A DNA stretch of 64,000 bases, from positions 1 through 64,000 of the IMG/VR virus record IMGVR_UViG_3300028388_006015, one strand, 5' to 3'. Shown here one piece after another: positions 35,174-46,209 of the stretch. The stretch is from a virus. The translations under genes and the position numbers were made by a program. Positions within the stretch are counted from its first letter, which is position 1; each line of letters opens with the position of its first letter. The notes below the pieces were generated by a model that was not told the DNA's origin, did not search any database, and saw only the letters and a program-made list of their open reading frames with translations.

Positions 35174-37709
35174 TCTGCAAACGATTAACAAAAAAGTCAA
35201 AAACCTCCTGATTTACAGCAAAATTGCGCTTAATTTCAAGTTGCGCTTCATTACTGCCTCCGGTTAAGCTACTAACAATATATTGACGAATAAGCTCTGT
35301 ATCCACAATGTTAAAATACGAATATGTGGGATGGTCAATATATTTTTCAAACATACCTCTTTCAACCTGTAATGTTGTTGTGCGATCAATTATTTGGTTA
35401 GAGATCGAGTACGAATGAGATACAGAAGAGACGTAAAACAATTCACCAGTAGCAACATGTCTAATCCACGTACCTCTTTTAATTCTGCGATCTCCATTCA
35501 ATGTAATGCTTCCTCTGCGTGTAAATGGTAAATATGCGTTAATATCTATAACAAATTTAAGATCAATCGCTGTTTGCTCAACAACAAAATTTCTATCTTT
35601 TTTCTGATTACTACCAGTAAGACCGCTATATGGTAAATAATTAGAAACCACACTCAATCTACGACTTCCCCATATATCTGCATATTGAGGAAAATAAATG
35701 ATGGGGATGTATGCTAAAGATACAGAACTACCGGCTCCTAAAAACAACCCTTGAGGTTGAATTTCGTAAAACGAATAGATCTCACTGTCTTGATATTGCA
35801 CTTCAAAAGAAAGAACATCTGCAGGGTCAATATCGAGAATTAGTGTAGATCGCTCACCAGGCACCTGAAATGTTTCCTCTTCATTATCTGTATGATATTG
35901 AGCATTTATATATCCTTTAATACCTGCTTTATCAAACGGAGGTCGACGAGCAATAAAATAAAAAGAGTCGCCATAAGTATCTGTTATGAATTCAACAAAA
36001 GGCTTTTGGCAAACCTTCCATACTTGATTAATTAAAGAACCATCAGGTTGACTTATACTAGAATCTGCAATACGACGATCGGCAACATTTTCATCAACGA
36101 GCAACTTGATAATTTGCCAAATTCCTCGTGCAGGTCTTGATTCGATATCGCGATTATATGTTGTTTGTTGCAAACGATAATGCTCATATGCATATAAAAA
36201 TATAGTACTCGGCTCTACGCCAATTGTAGCACTACTATCGTTAGATAACGCAGACACCTGCTTAAATAAAAATACATCTTGACCTGCAATGGCTGTAGGT
36301 GTTGTATTAGCTGCTACTATTTGTCCTTGAAATGTGAAAGAATCATACCCAATAAGAGATACTCCATTAACAACAAGAGCGTCTTGTGCAACTGCTGCTT
36401 GTATTAAGTTGACTATATTGTCAAAAATACTGGCTGCATTACCGTCAGAATATTGCTCAATTTCACGTATCGCATTGTTCTTGATTATGCTTAATTGATA
36501 TTGGATTTCGTTTGTATTCTGCTGCTCAAGACGAAAAACTTCACTACGACGATCTCCATATGCAGAAAACAATGAATCTGTAGTTACTGCAATATTGGAT
36601 AGATGATTCATAATAAATTGCAGTGCAAAACGAATAGAACGAAATGTAAATGCACTTTGCAGAATGAATTGACCGTCTACAGCCAATCTCTTTATCAGCT
36701 TATCATTTTCATTAGGATTGATAAATACTCCCTGAGCAAATTGTAATGGGTAGAAATAACTACCATCATCAATAAGTACCTTTGCTAAATCTTTGCCTGT
36801 AATGTTAACTGTTACATCATTGCCCTCAGCACTATATGATAGTAAATTAGAATCAACAAGTCCAATCATATCGTATAACTTCAGATCGCCCTCACTCGAA
36901 GGAATTCGCGTTTTGTCTATAAAAAACGACCGGTTGCGAGATGATTCGATCTTCAATGGTTCAAACCTAATAAACACCACATCGTTAGGACTAACAATTG
37001 TATTCATTAAAAAATTACTCTGCTTGTATTGACCACCTGCTTTACGATTTGTTTGATTGAAGCTAATCAATTCATTTTTTGCAAAGAAGTCACTAACACT
37101 AGTATTGTGAATTATCCATTGATTTTGCTCGTTAAGACTGCATGTAATTGGAGCAAAGCTTAACTGAAAATTGCCACCATTTTCATCAACATTCGTTGTG
37201 CACGAAATAAGAAATGGAGTTACGTCAAGAAGTCTATCTCCACCAATTGCTTTACTCCATAGCCATACACTTATTCTCGGATGGCTTATTTTGGTTTTAT
37301 TTATTGTATCACCTGTGTAATATGATGTTTGAACATAAGAAGAGCTTTTAAGTAGTTGAGCATGAAATTGCGAAAGAAAAGCTGAAAATTTCTTAACATC
37401 TACTACTTGATTCGATCCAGTTATAGATAATGTTTCGCGAAACAACTTATCCTTAGGAAGGGCAAGTACAGTACCTACTTTAAGATCAACAAGTGTACCA
37501 TTATCGTACAATAATTGTGCAGCTTTTTTCTCTCGACGATTATACTTGAGCCATACACGATCGAGATTACTCAATCCATTCTGATCTGTATACTGCAGCA
37601 ACTCATCAGGTGTTAATTGTTTTGCAATAGATAGTCCGAATTGATCTAAAAACTCATCAATCGTTGTTATCTCGGGATCGTGATGTGTGTATAAAATATA
37701 TGGCTGCAT
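35166..37709 (-). CDS. Baseplate hub protein (gp27-like)
   Basis: 847 aa after the tape measure; ITGKDL, RRPPFD, RGSITLNGDRRIKRG, FYVSSVSHSY, TTLQVERG. Confidence 0.75.
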   Translation of the reverse strand: MQPYILYTHHDPEITTIDEFLDQFGLSIAKQLTPDELLQYTDQNGLSNLDRVWLKYNRREKKAAQLLYDNGTLVDLKVGTVLALPKDKLFRETLSITGSNQVVDVKKFSAFLSQFHAQLLKSSSYVQTSYYTGDTINKTKISHPRISVWLWSKAIGGDRLLDVTPFLISCTTNVDENGGNFQLSFAPITCSLNEQNQWIIHNTSVSDFFAKNELISFNQTNRKAGGQYKQSNFLMNTIVSPNDVVFIRFEPLKIESSRNRSFFIDKTRIPSSEGDLKLYDMIGLVDSNLLSYSAEGNDVTVNITGKDLAKVLIDDGSYFYPLQFAQGVFINPNENDKLIKRLAVDGQFILQSAFTFRSIRFALQFIMNHLSNIAVTTDSLFSAYGDRRSEVFRLEQQNTNEIQYQLSIIKNNAIREIEQYSDGNAASIFDNIVNLIQAAVAQDALVVNGVSLIGYDSFTFQGQIVAANTTPTAIAGQDVFLFKQVSALSNDSSATIGVEPSTIFLYAYEHYRLQQTTYNRDIESRPARGIWQIIKLLVDENVADRRIADSSISQPDGSLINQVWKVCQKPFVEFITDTYGDSFYFIARRPPFDKAGIKGYINAQYHTDNEEETFQVPGERSTLILDIDPADVLSFEVQYQDSEIYSFYEIQPQGLFLGAGSSVSLAYIPIIYFPQYADIWGSRRLSVVSNYLPYSGLTGSNQKKDRNFVVEQTAIDLKFVIDINAYLPFTRRGSITLNGDRRIKRGTWIRHVATGELFYVSSVSHSYSISNQIIDRTTTLQVERGMFEKYIDHPTYSYFNIVDTELIRQYIVSSLTGGSNEAQLEIKRNFAVNQEVFDFFVNRLQNE

Positions 37710-39568
37710 TAATCAATTGTTATTGGCTTGTTAGATAAGATACGTGCTTGTGGCACCTTACCTCCATTAAAGAATCCTATCGCTGTATTGATTGCTTCTG
37801 TCAAGTTTATTCCTGCATCCATCAATCCTCCAATTGCGCCCTCTATTCCTCCCATATTATTAACGAGAGAACCTATTTGACGAGATAATTCGTCACCTTT
37901 TTCAGCCAATAAATTATCTATCTGAGTAGTTTCACGCTGCAAGTATCCTGTTGTAAGACCTGCTCTTCCTAATAATGCCTGTCTTAATTGATCTCCCTGA
38001 TCTTCAACAACGGGCTGTTGTCGCATCTGTTCTTGAGTAGCAATATCACCTGTTACATATTGACGATTAACCTGATCATCAAATTCCTGCTGAGCTGGTA
38101 AATCAAGCTCTCCACTCATGTATTCGGTAGACAATCTATTTGCCTGAGCAAAGCTTAATCCCGGGAACATTGCCTTGACTTGCTCGGTCATAAACTCTAC
38201 ATTATCTCCGGACATTGTGGCAAATTGCGAAAGTAAACCTTCAAGCAATCCTGGTTGTGCTATGCCTTGTTCTTGCATTTGCATCAACTCAACTCTTGAA
38301 GCACCTGGATTCAGTCGCGATAATGTAGCAAATTGTAATGCTTGTGCGTATTCACTTTGCGGGTTCTGTAAAGACTGATCTATCGTTGATACAATTTGAC
38401 GTAGTACTTGTGGATCCGAAAACGAGCCACCTATACTTCCCAAAGCAGCAATCACAGATGTATTGAATGATGTATTAATCTGATCAAGACGCACATTCTG
38501 CTGACTTGCTAATTCATTTGCTATTTGCAAATACTCTTCAACCAAAGTGAAGTCATTCTCATTAACAAGGCCTTTTTGCATTAACGATTCAAATAGAGTA
38601 CCTACGGTCGACATTATATCTTGTGATGCTGCATCATTACGACTAGAACGCATCAATTGCAATAATGTACTACGATTCAATCCAAACCCTCTCTCAAGAG
38701 CAACAATATCCATACCCTGCTGCTCAACACCTTCAATACTTCCTTGAGCTCGTGCAGTTTCAATGGCGTATTGAGACATGAACGTAGCCATGCTAATGCC
38801 AAAATTCTCTGCCTGACGCCCCATATTTCCAACATAATCACCAGACAACGCTTGTAATTGACCACGTGATTGTTGTAGTTGTTCAGCACCACCAAAAGAC
38901 TTTTGTACAAGAGAGCTTAAAGCATTACCAACAAGGGGTAACGCCGTTAACAATCCTGCTAATGCGTACACTTCGTTGCGCGAAACAATCGCTCGTGAAG
39001 CCTGTGCAACTGCAAGTCCTGTCATATCGCCACCCTGACGCTGTTGCTGCTGCTCTTCAGGATCGTCAGGAACATTTTTAATCTGATCTTGAGCAAACTT
39101 AGCACGTAAATAATCAAATTCGTCAATGTCCTCTTTTAATCCTTCACTTGTTATTGCACTAAGCACTCTTTGATTCTCGACACTGTCATCTCGTGCTTCT
39201 TCTCGCGCTGTATCCTTAACTGTCTCGATCAACTCACGCAATAAGCGTGTTTGCATCGTATCTTCTTCCGCTCTACCAGCAATTTCAGCCTTACGCTCTT
39301 TATAATCCTCATCAGAAATATCTCCACGCTCTTTTTGACGATTGAGCACAAATTCATCGGATTGACGATCAAGTTTTGATCTTCTTTCAATAGCAGAAAT
39401 CTGCTCTTCGATGATACGCACCATTTCTTTGCCGCCCTCTACTTGTTCGGCAACATCACGTATCATTTCGCGCCCTAATGTTGATGCGCTATTCTTTAAG
39501 CGGCCAATAAGAGTTTCAACACCATTATCTTGAGCACTAATTGTTATACGCCTATTAATATCTGCCAT
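37709..39568 (-). CDS. Tape measure protein
   Basis: 619 aa, helical, Q/A/G-rich; follows tube and chaperones. Confidence 0.75.
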   Translation of the reverse strand: MADINRRITISAQDNGVETLIGRLKNSASTLGREMIRDVAEQVEGGKEMVRIIEEQISAIERRSKLDRQSDEFVLNRQKERGDISDEDYKERKAEIAGRAEEDTMQTRLLRELIETVKDTAREEARDDSVENQRVLSAITSEGLKEDIDEFDYLRAKFAQDQIKNVPDDPEEQQQQRQGGDMTGLAVAQASRAIVSRNEVYALAGLLTALPLVGNALSSLVQKSFGGAEQLQQSRGQLQALSGDYVGNMGRQAENFGISMATFMSQYAIETARAQGSIEGVEQQGMDIVALERGFGLNRSTLLQLMRSSRNDAASQDIMSTVGTLFESLMQKGLVNENDFTLVEEYLQIANELASQQNVRLDQINTSFNTSVIAALGSIGGSFSDPQVLRQIVSTIDQSLQNPQSEYAQALQFATLSRLNPGASRVELMQMQEQGIAQPGLLEGLLSQFATMSGDNVEFMTEQVKAMFPGLSFAQANRLSTEYMSGELDLPAQQEFDDQVNRQYVTGDIATQEQMRQQPVVEDQGDQLRQALLGRAGLTTGYLQRETTQIDNLLAEKGDELSRQIGSLVNNMGGIEGAIGGLMDAGINLTEAINTAIGFFNGGKVPQARILSNKPITID

Positions 39569-39571
39569 TGT

Positions 39572-39913
39572 CTATATTATTATATTGCCCTCATCATCAA
39601 ACTTGATATCGTGGAGGCTTGTAATATCGTCTATGTTAACGTCATCTTGACGCATACGCATGTTTGCTGAAGGATTAAGCCAATGAACGTCAGTGCCATT
39701 TGCTTTATACAGTGGTATGTTATTGTCGTCGCTTTGATCTTCAGAGATCTGCTTGAACAACTCGTCCTCTATATATTCAAATAAAATGTCGTATTGAGAT
39801 ATCGCGAGATGTTGTTCACTACCAAATGCGATATTGTGTTTCGTACGCCACCATTTATCAAGAGGAAACTTGTTGTTCCAATCAATAATATGCTGACGTA
39901 CGTTATTTATCAT
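39572..39913 (-). CDS. Tail assembly chaperone-like protein
   Basis: FPLDKWWRTKHNIAFGS..H; lies between chaperone and tape measure. Confidence 0.6.
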   Translation of the reverse strand: MINNVRQHIIDWNNKFPLDKWWRTKHNIAFGSEQHLAISQYDILFEYIEDELFKQISEDQSDDNNIPLYKANGTDVHWLNPSANMRMRQDDVNIDDITSLHDIKFDDEGNIII

Positions 39914-40289
39914 CTTTCGCCTGAACTTCAGGATTCGCAAAAACAGTCATCCAGTTCTGGATCCAAGGGAAAATTGTTTTACGATAAAGATTAACCAACT
40001 CTCGACTATCTGCTACACTAATATCGAGCAGACTCTTATTTTTCATATTGAGATCATTGATCAATTGAGGGCAGCAAACTGTCAGCCATGCAATACAGTC
40101 AACAAGATCAAGAGCAATTACAGACGACACTGTTGTTGTAGTCATCATATTATTGTATTGATTGCCTGTTAGACGTGCCTTCATTTTTTCAATTTCAATG
40201 TATTGACCGTTGGTTGGAATTGTGATGAAGTATTCCTTGTCAATAGTGCTTACTGTGAACTTAACCATTCTTTGAATCTCCATGGACAA
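39903..40289 (-). CDS. Tail assembly chaperone
   Basis: 128 aa directly after the tail tube. Confidence 0.65.
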   Translation of the reverse strand: MSMEIQRMVKFTVSTIDKEYFITIPTNGQYIEIEKMKARLTGNQYNNMMTTTTVSSVIALDLVDCIAWLTVCCPQLINDLNMKNKSLLDISVADSRELVNLYRKTIFPWIQNWMTVFANPEVQAKDDK

Positions 40290-40306
40290 ACTATATTTTT
40301 TCGATT

Positions 40307-40336
40307 AAAGAAAACCGACGTTAAAACATCGGTCCT
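40307..40336 (-). terminator. Rho-independent terminator after tail tube
   Basis: Minus strand ACCGATGTT-TT-AACGTCGGT followed by TTTCTTT. Confidence 0.7.
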
Positions 40337-40367
40337 CTTCCAAAAAGATGATAAATAAACCACAATC

Positions 40368-40844
40368 TTACGTAAACTGCACGATAGGATTGAGATAAGC
40401 GAATGACTGATTTCTCCCAGCAATCTGGCCTTCGTTAATATCAAATGCATCTTGTTCGATAAAGGCACCTCGTACAGTGATGTACTCTTCTAAACGAGAG
40501 CTTATAAGTTGAGTTGTGGGATCGAATACATCTGCCACTTTTTTGTAGCAAACAATATCAACACCATCTTCTTGAAGAAGAACAGTATCAATCCAAGCCC
40601 TTACTGTAGGAACGGAGCGAATAAGTGCATTTGGAATGCCTGTTTTTGACAGGTCAATGCTATAAAACGAACAAGTCAATCTGCCTGTCCATTCTAAAGC
40701 AGGAAGTTCTCTCGCAATCAAGGCGCCCAATCCTGAAACTTTGCCACGACGAAGATCTTCTGTCGCACGAATGTCTTTCATAAATCCTACAGATTCTCCC
40801 TGTACTTTAATGATTGCTAATGGGGCGGTCATTACTTCTGCCAT
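40368..40844 (-). CDS. Tail tube protein
   Basis: 158 aa after the sheath; IIKVQGESVG, VSGLG, F.YLNP. Confidence 0.85.
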   Translation of the reverse strand: MAEVMTAPLAIIKVQGESVGFMKDIRATEDLRRGKVSGLGALIARELPALEWTGRLTCSFYSIDLSKTGIPNALIRSVPTVRAWIDTVLLQEDGVDIVCYKKVADVFDPTTQLISSRLEEYITVRGAFIEQDAFDINEGQIAGRNQSFAYLNPIVQFT

Positions 40845-40874
40845 CGGTCCTATATTTTAATAGATCTTTTTTGA

Positions 40875-42488
40875 TTAAATAGATGTATCAAGAATGAATG
40901 CTGTAAAGAACAGCTTATTCACCTCAAAGTTTGGCTCATATCCAAATGTGATAAAGTATGCATCGCCATCAATGGAGATGTTAATATCTTGGAATGACAA
41001 AATCAAATTATCATCCTGATCTGTTGCTGTTCTGCGATTCAGATATCCTGCCAACCAAACTTCAACATCCTCTGGTGAAGGAATATTGCGATTTGGACCT
41101 GATTGTTGGTTGCCGAGAAGATCGAGTTTTGCATTTGCAATGATTTCTCTAGTAAGCTGTGCATTGATGCGCTCAACCTGAATCAAGTGACTCGTTCCAT
41201 CGCTATTAACAACAAATTCGTTAAGTTGTAGTGTGTTGATGCCTTGAATAACAATATGTGTGCCCAGATCAATATCGAACTTTGTCATCAGAACACCTGC
41301 TTCAAGACCTTGAGTACGCTCTTTCTTTTTCAGCGTATGTCTTTCGCCGTCGTAGTTTAGTGCTTTAAATGTAATTGGTGTTTGAGGTTCGAGACCCGCA
41401 ATTCGGCCGACAACATAAGCTGCTTTATATAAAGCGGAAAATTCACGAAAAGCGCCGTTAAGTGCACTTGATGCATTGAGAATGCCTCCATGTACTACAA
41501 TTGCTCGTGAACTATCGTATGTTTGTGCTGCTGCTATGGATTGACTAACAAATTCGTCTGATGTGGCGCCGCCACCAACAACAAGAAACTTAACATACTT
41601 GGCCTCTTCAACCAAATGAGCGAGCACTTTAAGATTAGCTGCACTTGATGCGTCACTACCTTCATCATCTGTTAAAACAAACGTATAGTCAAGTTCTGCA
41701 ACCTCTTCAAGAAGATCGTCGACATCTGTTGCATTATACGTCTCAGAACCACCTGTTGCCAATTGATTGCCAGAAATTGATACTAGATCTCCCGCAATAA
41801 TCGTTCCTGTTGGAGTGCCAACGATAGAAAAATATTGCTTAAATAACGCAGAAGAATTAGCCCATGCGACCAATTCATCTATTGTTGCAACTTCGTCAGA
41901 CTGAACGATTAATCTCGGTGAAGTACTTGCTTCAGGAAGATCGAAGTCACTACCATCACTATGTGCTCCACGATATGTGCCTTCCCAAAACTTAACAATA
42001 AATTTGTTTGTATCGAGAACTCCCGCATGGAGTGTAGCGGCAAAACCTTTTGTCAATACACTACTAGACTCAACACCATCTGCACCTACTCCTTCACGCT
42101 TTGTTTTTACAACAAAATCGTCTGCAGCAAAAGCTAAGGTGATCGTTGCAGCGGTCGTTTCACGAGCATGTGCGAAGTATAACGTTGAAACACCAATACT
42201 ACCAATACCGTTAGGACGGAATAGTGCCTCAGCAAGTGACCACATTACACCACCTCGTGTAAATTGCTGAAACTCTTGAGCGGTATTAAATTCGTAAATC
42301 GCATTGCCTCCATTCGACAATTCGCCATTCACACCTGCTCCTCCATACCCTGCTCCTTGCCCAAGGTCAATAAGCAAAACTTTACCGTAATCGAGGTCTC
42401 TCGGCGGATTTTGAATACCGGATTTTGTTTGTACGTAAACACCCGGTTCTGTAATTTTGCGACCTCCAAAAATATGTGACGTTGCCAT
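40875..42488 (-). CDS. Contractile tail sheath protein
   Basis: ITEPGVY, GRIAGLEPQTPITFK, IVIQGINT, PNFEVNKLF. Confidence 0.9.
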   Translation of the reverse strand: MATSHIFGGRKITEPGVYVQTKSGIQNPPRDLDYGKVLLIDLGQGAGYGGAGVNGELSNGGNAIYEFNTAQEFQQFTRGGVMWSLAEALFRPNGIGSIGVSTLYFAHARETTAATITLAFAADDFVVKTKREGVGADGVESSSVLTKGFAATLHAGVLDTNKFIVKFWEGTYRGAHSDGSDFDLPEASTSPRLIVQSDEVATIDELVAWANSSALFKQYFSIVGTPTGTIIAGDLVSISGNQLATGGSETYNATDVDDLLEEVAELDYTFVLTDDEGSDASSAANLKVLAHLVEEAKYVKFLVVGGGATSDEFVSQSIAAAQTYDSSRAIVVHGGILNASSALNGAFREFSALYKAAYVVGRIAGLEPQTPITFKALNYDGERHTLKKKERTQGLEAGVLMTKFDIDLGTHIVIQGINTLQLNEFVVNSDGTSHLIQVERINAQLTREIIANAKLDLLGNQQSGPNRNIPSPEDVEVWLAGYLNRRTATDQDDNLILSFQDINISIDGDAYFITFGYEPNFEVNKLFFTAFILDTSI

Positions 42489-42544
42489 TGTTTATCAGAT
42501 TTTCAGATAAAAATACATTTTTTAAAACAATAATGCTATGGGCA

Positions 42545-42793
42545 CTACAAAGTTATTCTTTGTTTTATTGAATCACTTTCGTCGTGAACCTTATCATCTA
42601 CCATAATAGAATACCACTCTTGTAGCGTGAATTCTTCTTGCTTATCATACTTTCTCTCTACCACAAAAACCCATGATGATGGAAAAGCAGCAATTCTTGC
42701 ATATTCCAAAGCACTATACATTTTCGGTGCCACTTTCTTCTTAGGTATGGATTTTTTTGGGAGATTGTCTTTAATATCTTTCTCGTCACTCAT
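42545..42793 (-). CDS. Small hypothetical protein
   Basis: 82 aa immediately before the sheath. Confidence 0.55.
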   Translation of the reverse strand: MSDEKDIKDNLPKKSIPKKKVAPKMYSALEYARIAAFPSSWVFVVERKYDKQEEFTLQEWYSIMVDDKVHDESDSIKQRITL

Positions 42794-43443
42794 ATTGATG
42801 GAGTTATTTGTTGAATAAAAAGATTTCCAATAACAGGCATTACGTCAGTACTTTTAATTGACAAACAATAAATGCCGCGAAACGTCATGGACTTCATAAA
42901 GATACCAGGTGGAATCAATTCGCTATTTAACATAAGATCCCGTGCTGATAAAGATACGTTTTGAAATCCTTGATGTGAAAGATGGGGTAGTAATGGCAAC
43001 ATCATTGCCTTTATCGCCTCATGTATGATAGTAACTTCGGTAGTATTATTTGATGTTATCACTACGTCAATTGAGGAATCGAATATTCGCGCATACTCAT
43101 TACTATATTCGCCATTTTGAACTGTTGCTCCTTGATAGTTTTCGTTAACTCCCAAATTCATAGAATGTTCACTTTCATTAGATGACATAACATGAATTGT
43201 TGGAAGGTTTGCTCGATCTTCATCAAACGACAATGATACTTCAAGCTCTCTAGGATCTCCCTGTTCACGACTAAAAATACCAATAGCCTGTTCTGCAAAA
43301 TTAATATGATCAATATTAATACCACTAAATAATCGCCACATCACAGTATCTTGTTGTGATGGAGCTAATGATATGTCTCTCTTAATCTGACGAGCAATCT
43401 GATTAATTATATTGAATACTAATATTTGAGGTGATATAACCAT
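42790..43443 (-). CDS. Tail completion/terminator protein (putative)
   Basis: 217 aa; LPTIHV...E; position between neck and sheath. Confidence 0.6.
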   Translation of the reverse strand: MVISPQILVFNIINQIARQIKRDISLAPSQQDTVMWRLFSGINIDHINFAEQAIGIFSREQGDPRELEVSLSFDEDRANLPTIHVMSSNESEHSMNLGVNENYQGATVQNGEYSNEYARIFDSSIDVVITSNNTTEVTIIHEAIKAMMLPLLPHLSHQGFQNVSLSARDLMLNSELIPPGIFMKSMTFRGIYCLSIKSTDVMPVIGNLFIQQITPSI

Positions 43444-43444
43444 T

Positions 43445-44257
43445 TTAAAACCCTTGAGCTGCTAAGTAATCATCAACACTCTTATCGACAATGTATTCAA
43501 TATTAGTGTCATTCAATCCTTGCTGAGCAAAATTTTTAGCCATGAGTCCTCTATGAATCCACGAAAGAGGGCTACTATTCTTACTTACGCGACGAAAACT
43601 TGTATACTGTCCTTGCGTTGCTTTTTCGTACGTTTTCTGTGATCGCACGATGCCTTGATATAGCGAAGTCTTGTGCCTATATTTTGCAAATGTTGTTTTT
43701 GTCTTGAGATCACTAAATGCTGCACGAGACTTTGGAGCTCGATGTTGTGCAGGTATTTCGTTAAATTGCAATCCTGTTCCTCTTGAAGAGATTCCCTGAA
43801 TAGATGTTCGCGCGGCTGTTGATGTTTTACGTATTGCTTTGTATACACTTACAGGCAATACGCCACTAAAAGCACTATTTTCTCCTAACGCACTTGGAGT
43901 AGCCCATCTAAAGGGAATCGTTAAATACCATTCGCCCTTTTTATTATACTTGACTTTATTACTTTGACTAAAGCCAATTTTCATATCCCACGCACTTGCT
44001 CCTCCTTCAATCATATTTGGCAACTGTCCTGTCAACATGACATAACCCACGAAAGGACCTTCGTCACCTACCACTAATGAGCGGCGGTAAAGATCGCGAG
44101 TGCTGTTAAGACCTTGACGAGCTACATTGTCCCAATTACGTGCAACTTCGGCAGTAACTTCATGAACAACATATTCATTTAGATCGCGAAACTGCTGAGA
44201 AGTTAGTTGAAACTCCTCTGCAAGTGCGCCAAGGTTAATTTCAACAGGAGGAAGCAT
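43445..44257 (-). CDS. Neck protein (putative)
   Basis: MIEGGASAWDMK, YLTIPFRW, YTSFRRVS, SWIH. Confidence 0.65.
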   Translation of the reverse strand: MLPPVEINLGALAEEFQLTSQQFRDLNEYVVHEVTAEVARNWDNVARQGLNSTRDLYRRSLVVGDEGPFVGYVMLTGQLPNMIEGGASAWDMKIGFSQSNKVKYNKKGEWYLTIPFRWATPSALGENSAFSGVLPVSVYKAIRKTSTAARTSIQGISSRGTGLQFNEIPAQHRAPKSRAAFSDLKTKTTFAKYRHKTSLYQGIVRSQKTYEKATQGQYTSFRRVSKNSSPLSWIHRGLMAKNFAQQGLNDTNIEYIVDKSVDDYLAAQGF

Positions 44258-45044
44258 CTGTGTATGAGTTATCTATTAATTGTGTTTGATTATCATTGTT
44301 GCGATAAACATGAAAAGAGTCGAAAATATAATGTGCACGACGAGCAACACTTGACACAGGCATATTTTGTGTTTCGGTAATACCTGTTCTCTTATCTTGC
44401 CTATCAGTAATCATCACTTCACGCGTCACATCAATAACGTGAAAAGCAGGATTATGAACGTATCTTAAAGACATTCCTTTCGGTCCATACTGATCGTAAA
44501 TGTCACGACTCAGCTCAATAATATTAGAGCTTATAGTAATGTCAGTGCCTAATTCAAGCTTAACGAGAGGAAGAGCTTCGTCGAGAAATAAAAATGCCTC
44601 TTCAAGAGACACAATCTCATATACGGTCTTGGCAATAAATTTGCCTTTAGACTGTATAGGATACACAACTTCACTAAATCGAGATAATGCTTTTTGCACC
44701 GTAATGCGATCCATATACGCAATACCGTCCTTAGCTAAGGACGTTACAGTAACATTACCAACTGTCTCTTCACTCCAATCCTTATATTGAGTGCGCAAAT
44801 TCATAGACTGAACAACCATTTTGGTTTCAGTCTTTTGAATAAACAACCATCCACTTCCAAGGCAATTCAAGCAATTCGTACTATTTTCGCCACCACGAGC
44901 TTTACATGGACACCTTAGTGCCTTTTCGTGATAAACATCAACGCCCTTAAACCACACCTGCGCATCGAAGTCTTCTTTTTGAAGATCAACACGAGCCTGT
45001 CCTTGCAAGTTTGGAGACGTTTGTGTAATGATTGCTTCTGCCAT
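44241..45044 (-). CDS. Head-closure/neck protein
   Basis: HEKALRCPC...CLNCLGSGW, as in SPO1/Twort-like neck genes. Confidence 0.7.
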   Translation of the reverse strand: MAEAIITQTSPNLQGQARVDLQKEDFDAQVWFKGVDVYHEKALRCPCKARGGENSTNCLNCLGSGWLFIQKTETKMVVQSMNLRTQYKDWSEETVGNVTVTSLAKDGIAYMDRITVQKALSRFSEVVYPIQSKGKFIAKTVYEIVSLEEAFLFLDEALPLVKLELGTDITISSNIIELSRDIYDQYGPKGMSLRYVHNPAFHVIDVTREVMITDRQDKRTGITETQNMPVSSVARRAHYIFDSFHVYRNNDNQTQLIDNSYTDASSC

Positions 45045-45829
45045 TATAAATTAACGATTGAATATCCTTTATACTTTGCTTTAAGACGAGGTAAAGCTTG
45101 TTTAAGATCTGCTAAATACCCCTGAATTCTCGATCCATAACCAGCATTAGTTGCTGATGATGTTGTGGATATACTTTGAGAAAGGCCGTCAATACCAATT
45201 GATTGTGATGCGATACCTGCACCAAGAATAAGGTCTCCTAATAAATGGAAAATGTTGATACTGGCCAATTTACCAATAATATTGACAATGTCGTTAGGTG
45301 TTTTGTCGAATCCTGTACAATATACAATATGCCAATAATTGGGAATGTTATCGTAATACGCAAAACCTAAATGTGGAGTGAGCCCTGTATGAACTACAGC
45401 ATTATTTTGAAATGCAACATCTGACCCATTAGGTACAACATGAAGTTGACGGTAATACAAGCCATCACTACCTTGCTTAGCTGACAACCATTCACTAGGA
45501 TACGTTATTTGAAGAACGCTGTTGTAGAATCCTTTTAATTCTAGTGCTTTATTGACAGGGTATTTTGTTTGAACAAAGCCCCATTGCTGCCAAAGGTTGC
45601 GATTAAAGTCTTGAGTTTCAAAAACAACCTGTTTACGAAGCTTGATCGACAAGAACTCTTCAATCTCCTCCTGGGCAGACTTAATATAAAAGCTCAACAC
45701 TTCATCACTAAGGCGTTGTCCTTTTGTAACTATTTGCTCAATACCAAAGAAGTATACGTTCAACAGCTTAGCGGGGCTAATTGCTAAGCTGTTGATCTCA
45801 TAAGGTGCCTGAAGTGTAATAGTTGGCAT
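45044..45829 (-). CDS. Head-tail adaptor protein
   Basis: ILGAGIASQSIGIDGLSQSISTTSSATNAGYGSRI. Confidence 0.75.
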   Translation of the reverse strand: MPTITLQAPYEINSLAISPAKLLNVYFFGIEQIVTKGQRLSDEVLSFYIKSAQEEIEEFLSIKLRKQVVFETQDFNRNLWQQWGFVQTKYPVNKALELKGFYNSVLQITYPSEWLSAKQGSDGLYYRQLHVVPNGSDVAFQNNAVVHTGLTPHLGFAYYDNIPNYWHIVYCTGFDKTPNDIVNIIGKLASINIFHLLGDLILGAGIASQSIGIDGLSQSISTTSSATNAGYGSRIQGYLADLKQALPRLKAKYKGYSIVNL

Positions 45830-45838
45830 TATGTTGCT

Positions 45839-46186
45839 TTAGTCTTCAAGATTCTCAATAATCAGCTCAATAAGTTCGCTTTTCTTGAGATTAGCATATC
45901 CCTCAAGATCGGCCTCTTCTGCCATTGCGCGCAATTCTGCAAGTTTGAGTGCTTTAAGATCATTTCTAAACTGTTCAACGTTATTATCTTTAGACTGATC
46001 TTCATTAGACTCTTGACCTTCATCATCAATAAGCTCAAGACCATACTGATCACTAACCTCAATTACACGTGCAGGTACTTTTGCTCTTGGAATATCACAA
46101 ACCCCATCTTCGTCAAAATCGAATGGCACGTTGCAGATTCGCACTGTAGAGCCTTTGCGATTGATTTTATCTGTTTTAAAGCGCAT
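45839..46186 (-). CDS. Rho-N/HeH domain protein
   Basis: LKALKLAELRAMAEEADLEGYANLKKSELIELI. Confidence 0.75.
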   Translation of the reverse strand: MRFKTDKINRKGSTVRICNVPFDFDEDGVCDIPRAKVPARVIEVSDQYGLELIDDEGQESNEDQSKDNNVEQFRNDLKALKLAELRAMAEEADLEGYANLKKSELIELIIENLED

Positions 46187-46209
46187 ATAAAGTATAGTTT
46201 TGAAAGTTG

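Noticed and set aside
39572-40289. Programmed -1 frameshift between tail chaperones
   Set aside because: The downstream ORF is in the +1 frame, has its own ATG (MINNV), and no canonical XXXYYYZ slippery site was seen.
25239-45829. Tailocin or extracellular contractile injection system
   Set aside because: Capsid, portal, protease, terminase and replication genes are all present, so this is a phage.
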